From the IMG/VR virus record IMGVR_UViG_3300049791_000126: a stretch of 64,000 nucleotides of DNA. One strand, given 5' to 3'. Of this stretch, positions 60,007-64,000 are shown in pieces; position 1 is the stretch's first letter; every line of letters starts with the position of its first letter. The DNA comes from an uncultured virus (IMG/VR IMGVR_UViG_3300049791_000126). Lineage: Duplodnaviria; Heunggongvirae; Uroviricota; Caudoviricetes. The position numbers and the translations under genes were made by a program. The notes under the pieces were generated by a model, which saw only the letters and a list, made by a program, of their open reading frames with translations, did no database searches and was not told the origin of the DNA.

Positions 60007-61089
60007 GTGGGCACACTGCTCGACGAGCAATTTTGGCTGAGCAACAAGGTCCACGAGCTCGGTCCCATCGGCATCGCCGTCTGGAGCTGTATCATCCAGG
60101 GCAAGCACGCCGCCGCCATCAACCTACCGGGCTTGTACAGCATTTCGGTCGAGGATGTCTTCTGGCAGCTCGGCGGCGAGCTGATGGGGCCGAACCTCAA
60201 GCGGGAGGTCGAGAACGGTTTCTGGCTCATCGTGGGCAAAGCAATGGCCATCTACGACCCTGTCACGCGCCAGCTTCGGATCCCCAACGTTTGGAAATAC
60301 GCCCCGACCCCCAACCCAAACCAGATCAGCGGCTGGAAGTCAGCCTTCCTCAAGGCGCCTAAATCCGATTTTAAGTTCGCGCACTTGCCGACGCTTCGCA
60401 AACTCGCCGAGCGCTGCACCAACGGCGGGGTTCAGATGTTCGATGCGCGCTTCGGGCAACTCGTGCCCGGTGACCCCCGCACCTACCGCCTCGGCGACCG
60501 CTGGAAGCCCGGCGATGAGTTACATCCGGGTACCAAGCCTTGGCTGGATCCTACAGATCAGGATCTCCCAGAGAAAAAAATAGACCATTTATTTTTGTCC
60601 AGGAGAGAGGATCCCAGATCAGGAACTCTTAATCTAAATGACACTCTTAATCTTACTCTTAATCTTAATGGGGGTTCTCGAAGGGTTTCGAAAGGGTTCG
60701 AGAAGGGTTCCCCCCCCCCTCACGATGAGACTGAGGAGGAAGGTGGGTCATGTGACACCCCTGAAGGGTTCTCGAAGGGTTTCGAAAGGGTTCGAGAAGG
60801 GTTCGAGAAGGGTTCTGAAACCATTCAGGAAGGGTTTCCAAACCGTTCCGTAACAGAGGACAGCGATGGCCGACGAACAGATCACCGACCTGCATCCGAC
60901 AGACCCATCCCTGGACAGTCCGGACCCGCCCCCCGACTCGAGCCCCCTTCGGGACCTCCCGAGGAACCTCCAGCTCCGCTGGGAGTCGGTGGAGGGACCG
61001 TTCCTGAGGGAGCTGGAGGCGGAGGGTGGGCGGATGTGGTTGAGCTCCCGGTGCCCGACGGTCGCCCGGGTTCTCGAAAGCGACAGTAG
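60007..61089 (+). CDS. Putative replication initiator (replisome organiser)
   Basis: LPGLY...IPN.WKY...NPNQ N-terminal domain, repeat-rich linker, followed by a DnaC-like gene. Confidence 0.65.
   Translation: MGTLLDEQFWLSNKVHELGPIGIAVWSCIIQGKHAAAINLPGLYSISVEDVFWQLGGELMGPNLKREVENGFWLIVGKAMAIYDPVTRQLRIPNVWKYAPTPNPNQISGWKSAFLKAPKSDFKFAHLPTLRKLAERCTNGGVQMFDARFGQLVPGDPRTYRLGDRWKPGDELHPGTKPWLDPTDQDLPEKKIDHLFLSRREDPRSGTLNLNDTLNLTLNLNGGSRRVSKGFEKGSPPPHDETEEEGGSCDTPEGFSKGFERVREGFEKGSETIQEGFPNRSVTEDSDGRRTDHRPASDRPIPGQSGPAPRLEPPSGPPEEPPAPLGVGGGTVPEGAGGGGWADVVELPVPDGRPGSRKRQ
60626..60849. repeat. Putative replication origin: CTTAAT hexamer run and about nine AAGGGTT-core direct repeats (iterons)
   Basis: AT-rich 60626-60669; repeat blocks 60671-60710 and 60763-60840 with 10-11-nt period. 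Confidence 0.65.
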
Positions 61090-61810
61090 CGTGACAACGG
61101 AATCGTTACCTGAGCTGTTGCGCAGTGAGACCAAGGCGTTTTGGTTGGGGGTCGAGGCGCGGCTGAGCGAGTGCGCGCGCTGCCCGAAGGAGGGTGCCGT
61201 GTGCGCGGAGACGGCGAGCCCGACGTTTGGCGCGGGGGCCGTCGTGCGGCTCCGCGTGCAGGGGGAGGTGGCGCAGGCGGAGCTCAAGCCGTGTGATCGG
61301 TTTGGTGAGTTTCGCGTGGCGCGCCGCATGGTGGGACTCGGGGTCGATCAGCGGCTCAGTCGCGTATCTCGGGCGAAGCTGAAGAAGCCCCCGCACATCG
61401 TGGAAGCGCTTGATGCCTTCTTGAGCAAGGGGACGCTTCGCTCTCCACCGAAGGGTGTGCAGCTGTGCATCGAGGGGGAGTTTGCGCGCGAGTATGGCGC
61501 GGCCCTGCTCCGCTCGGTTGCCGAGCGTTACTCCAACCACCCACTCAAATCCGTGCATGCTCCGACTCTGCTCCGCGATGTCAAGAACGCGATGACGGTG
61601 AAGGAAGAGTCACCGATGAAGGCGCTCTTGGAGGTGAGCGTGCTTGTGATCGATTCGGTCGACGGGGAAGTACTCGGCGACAAGTGGTTTAGGAAAGAAT
61701 TGGTTTGGCTCTACGAGCGTAGGCGAGACCAAGCTCTCGCGAGCGTCGTGACCAGTAGCGTTGCGCGCGTCGGGGAAGCTTTTCCGGGCGCTGTCGTATT
61801 GAAGGTTTGA
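60866..61810 (+). CDS. DnaC/IstB-like helicase-loader homologue with degenerate Walker motifs
   Basis: CxxC...C...C N-terminal part, LLRDVK, VLVIDS, LYERRRD...VVTS; no GKT. Confidence 0.6.
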   Translation: MADEQITDLHPTDPSLDSPDPPPDSSPLRDLPRNLQLRWESVEGPFLRELEAEGGRMWLSSRCPTVARVLESDSSVTTESLPELLRSETKAFWLGVEARLSECARCPKEGAVCAETASPTFGAGAVVRLRVQGEVAQAELKPCDRFGEFRVARRMVGLGVDQRLSRVSRAKLKKPPHIVEALDAFLSKGTLRSPPKGVQLCIEGEFAREYGAALLRSVAERYSNHPLKSVHAPTLLRDVKNAMTVKEESPMKALLEVSVLVIDSVDGEVLGDKWFRKELVWLYERRRDQALASVVTSSVARVGEAFPGAVVLKV

Positions 61811-61848
61811 CCATGCGGAAGCAAGGAAACGAAGCGGTGGAGTGGACG

Positions 61849-62232
61849 ATGAAAAACGTAGAGCCATGGAAGTCTCGCTTGAAGAGTCCGGATGGATTAA
61901 GTCTCATTGAGCTAACGGTCATTGTTGCAATGGTGTGGGTATGTGCCGCGCTGGCAGTGTCCTTGATTCGGCACATGAACGAGACTTCGGAAGTAACGAT
62001 TGGGCCGGATGGAAAACCAGCGCTACTGATCTCCTGCAGTAATTCTGCGGATTGTATTCGTGATGCAGCGAAGAGTTGCCCGAATGGTTATTCGCTGGCG
62101 TCGCAGCAGCAAGAGAAGGGATCATCAACGGTGTTCGTGGGGGGAGGTGACGCGCCATTGGTTCCGTTGACGAACCAGACCTGGGAAGGATCGATGCTGA
62201 TTCGCTGTCGAGCAGAGAAGGCAGCGCCATGA
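61849..62232 (+). CDS. Protein with a prepilin-like N-terminus and a Cys-rich C-terminal domain
   Basis: G-LSLIEL followed by a hydrophobic helix. Confidence 0.55.
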   Translation: MKNVEPWKSRLKSPDGLSLIELTVIVAMVWVCAALAVSLIRHMNETSEVTIGPDGKPALLISCSNSADCIRDAAKSCPNGYSLASQQQEKGSSTVFVGGGDAPLVPLTNQTWEGSMLIRCRAEKAAP

Positions 62233-63832
62233 ACTACGCACTAGTGTTTCTATTTGGAGCGTGTTGCAGCGCGGCTGGCATCTGGATGCTCTGGCGCCGC
62301 GCCCTGTCCGAGGATCTTGTCATCACCTTTCTTCACGGTTTCTTCTTGGCTCGCCCCGACATGATCAATGCTTGTCGAAACATGCTGTCTGCGGTCGAGA
62401 GGGCAAATAAAAAGGACTTAGATGACTGACAAGACAGAATCACAACTCGAGCAAGCCCTCATCGACGCCGCCCTCAACTGGGCGAGCGCACAGCGCGCTC
62501 AGGTACCACCTGAGCAGAAGCGAGAGCTGGAGGAGTTGATCTCGGCTTCCTCACTCGGTACGCCGGAGGCGATAGCGATCCGGGCGCAAGCTGATCCGGA
62601 AGTCGTGAAGCAGGCGCTGCGCCGCGCTGACGAGATCGAGGCCGAGGCGGCATACTGGGAGATCAGAAATCAAGAAAATAGCAGCTGGAACTATGAAGAC
62701 GAAGAGGCGTGCTTCGTGGCGGGTTTTTTGAAGGCGCGTGGCCATGGCTGATACGCTGAACATCTCCGTCACGGATCACTTTCTTGAGTACGGTAAGCGC
62801 TCCAGTCTCGAGCTATTCAATCAATTCGAAGTGCTGCTCGTGAGCGCCGATACTGGCGGCGTGACATTGACGGTATGTGAGACTTCCGACCAAACGAAAA
62901 TGGAGTTTTGGTTCCATGTGGTCCAGGCGCCTTTCGTGATGGATAACCCGACTTGGCGGAAATGGTGGATGATCGGGAGCGCGATGGGAGTAATGGGATC
63001 GCTCCATGTATTTTACGAGATCCCTACTGAGGGAAAACGCTGATGGCCGCCTGCGCTGATCCGTCGAGGTCGTGGTTTGGGGTTGATTTCCTGACCTGGA
63101 GTCCGCCACCGAAGCCTGTTCAGTACTGCGAATGCTGCGGACTCCTGGACGACGACTGGATGAGCGTACGCGCTCAGCAGGTGTTCGTGGGGGGCGAGCG
63201 CCGTATCTGGCCATTCACGGTGTGCGCGACGTGCGCTGAGTTGCCCTATGATTACCTCGCGACGCGAGCGGAGGTTTATTTTTCGCTCGTGCTTGGGAGA
63301 TGCCTGACGTGAAGCGCCACATTCCAGGCGACTACCCGAAGACGCTCTGCGGTCGAGCCGAGCTCACCGTGATCTGCATCTCGCACGAGGGGGAGATCGG
63401 GATCGGTCGCGACATTTGCAAATCTTGCGCGAGGCTTCATCAGAAAACGCTCGACCGGGATCGCGAGGACAAGGCGCGCTCTGCTCGCTTCGAGCGCACG
63501 CTCGCGAGCGTGGACAAGCTGCTCTCCGAGCCGTGCTGCGAAGGAAGGTGTGGATCATGAAAATCGCTCAATATGTCTTTCCGATTTCGGAAGAGCAGGT
63601 CCTGTGGCTGATTCCCGGCACCCAAGTGCTCGGCGCATCCAACGACGTACGCAGCGCAACGGGTACGATCCAGATCGCCCTCGGCGTCCTCGAGCCATCC
63701 ATCGTGTCAACGCGCATGATCCGGGTGTTTCAATGCTTCTACCCGAATCAAGAAGTGCCGGACGGCTATCAGTTTGTGTGCGTCGCGTCGGGCGGCTTCA
63801 CGGGCTACATCTTCGAGTTGACTGGATCTTGA
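62229..63832 (+). CDS. Run of small hypothetical genes (62229-62429, 62422-62751, 62744-63043, 63043-63312, 63300-63560, 63557-63832)
   Basis: Consecutive overlapping ORFs. Confidence 0.55.
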
Positions 63833-64000
63833 TGCGCACCGAGTGCCTCCTCTGCGAAGCGCCCGTCATCAGGCCGGGGAGCATCGCTCACTCCAAAGAG
63901 TGGTTACTCTGCCCGATGTGTCGCGCTGAGCTGCAGGCGAAGGTCAACTACGCCGTCAGGCGTATCGAACTCGAGATGGTCAACGGTCCTACGCGGCGAG

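Noticed and set aside
60671..60840. Second CRISPR array
   Set aside because: Short tandem 10-11-nt units with no spacers; iteron-like.
1..64000. tRNA, rRNA, integrase, capsid or terminase genes
   Set aside because: None recognisable by eye; absence needs tRNAscan and HMM confirmation.

Overview
GC-rich (roughly 65% by eye), densely coding segment of what looks like a large bacterial virus or provirus. A Myxococcota-like host is inferred from a Gly/Ala-linker lipoprotein and the general protein style; this is not proven. No capsid, portal, terminase or tail-sheath gene is recognisable in the window. The left end holds a CRISPR array (8 identical 36-nt repeats, 40-586) directly downstream of a compact (~488 aa) Cas12m/V-U1-like effector (655-2120, minus strand). 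That effector has Asn at the RuvC-I catalytic position and is split by a 1-nt frameshift near 1725-1735. Spacer 443-477 matches this same genome 35/35 at 27602-27636, starting exactly at the ATG of a DUF616-like glycosyltransferase inside a collagen-fibre and glycosylation island. The rest of the window contains: membrane-anchored cell-envelope hydrolases; two sigma factors; a stand-alone response regulator; five fibre/spike paralogues sharing an N-terminal module; two Gln-rich collagen-like proteins flanking glycosyltransferase, methyltransferase and 2OG-oxygenase genes; a complete 2301-bp IS1-family element (39459-41759, 21-bp TIRs, 8-bp TSD) carrying a proteasome-like Ntn hydrolase and interrupting a small gene; many small early-type genes; a PspA-like/OmpA-SBP/ABC transporter operon; a beta clamp; and a replication module (RHH, initiator with iterons, degenerate DnaC-like protein). 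At least three ORFs carry single-base lesions, so consensus errors cannot be excluded. All family assignments come from motif recognition by eye, not from database searches.
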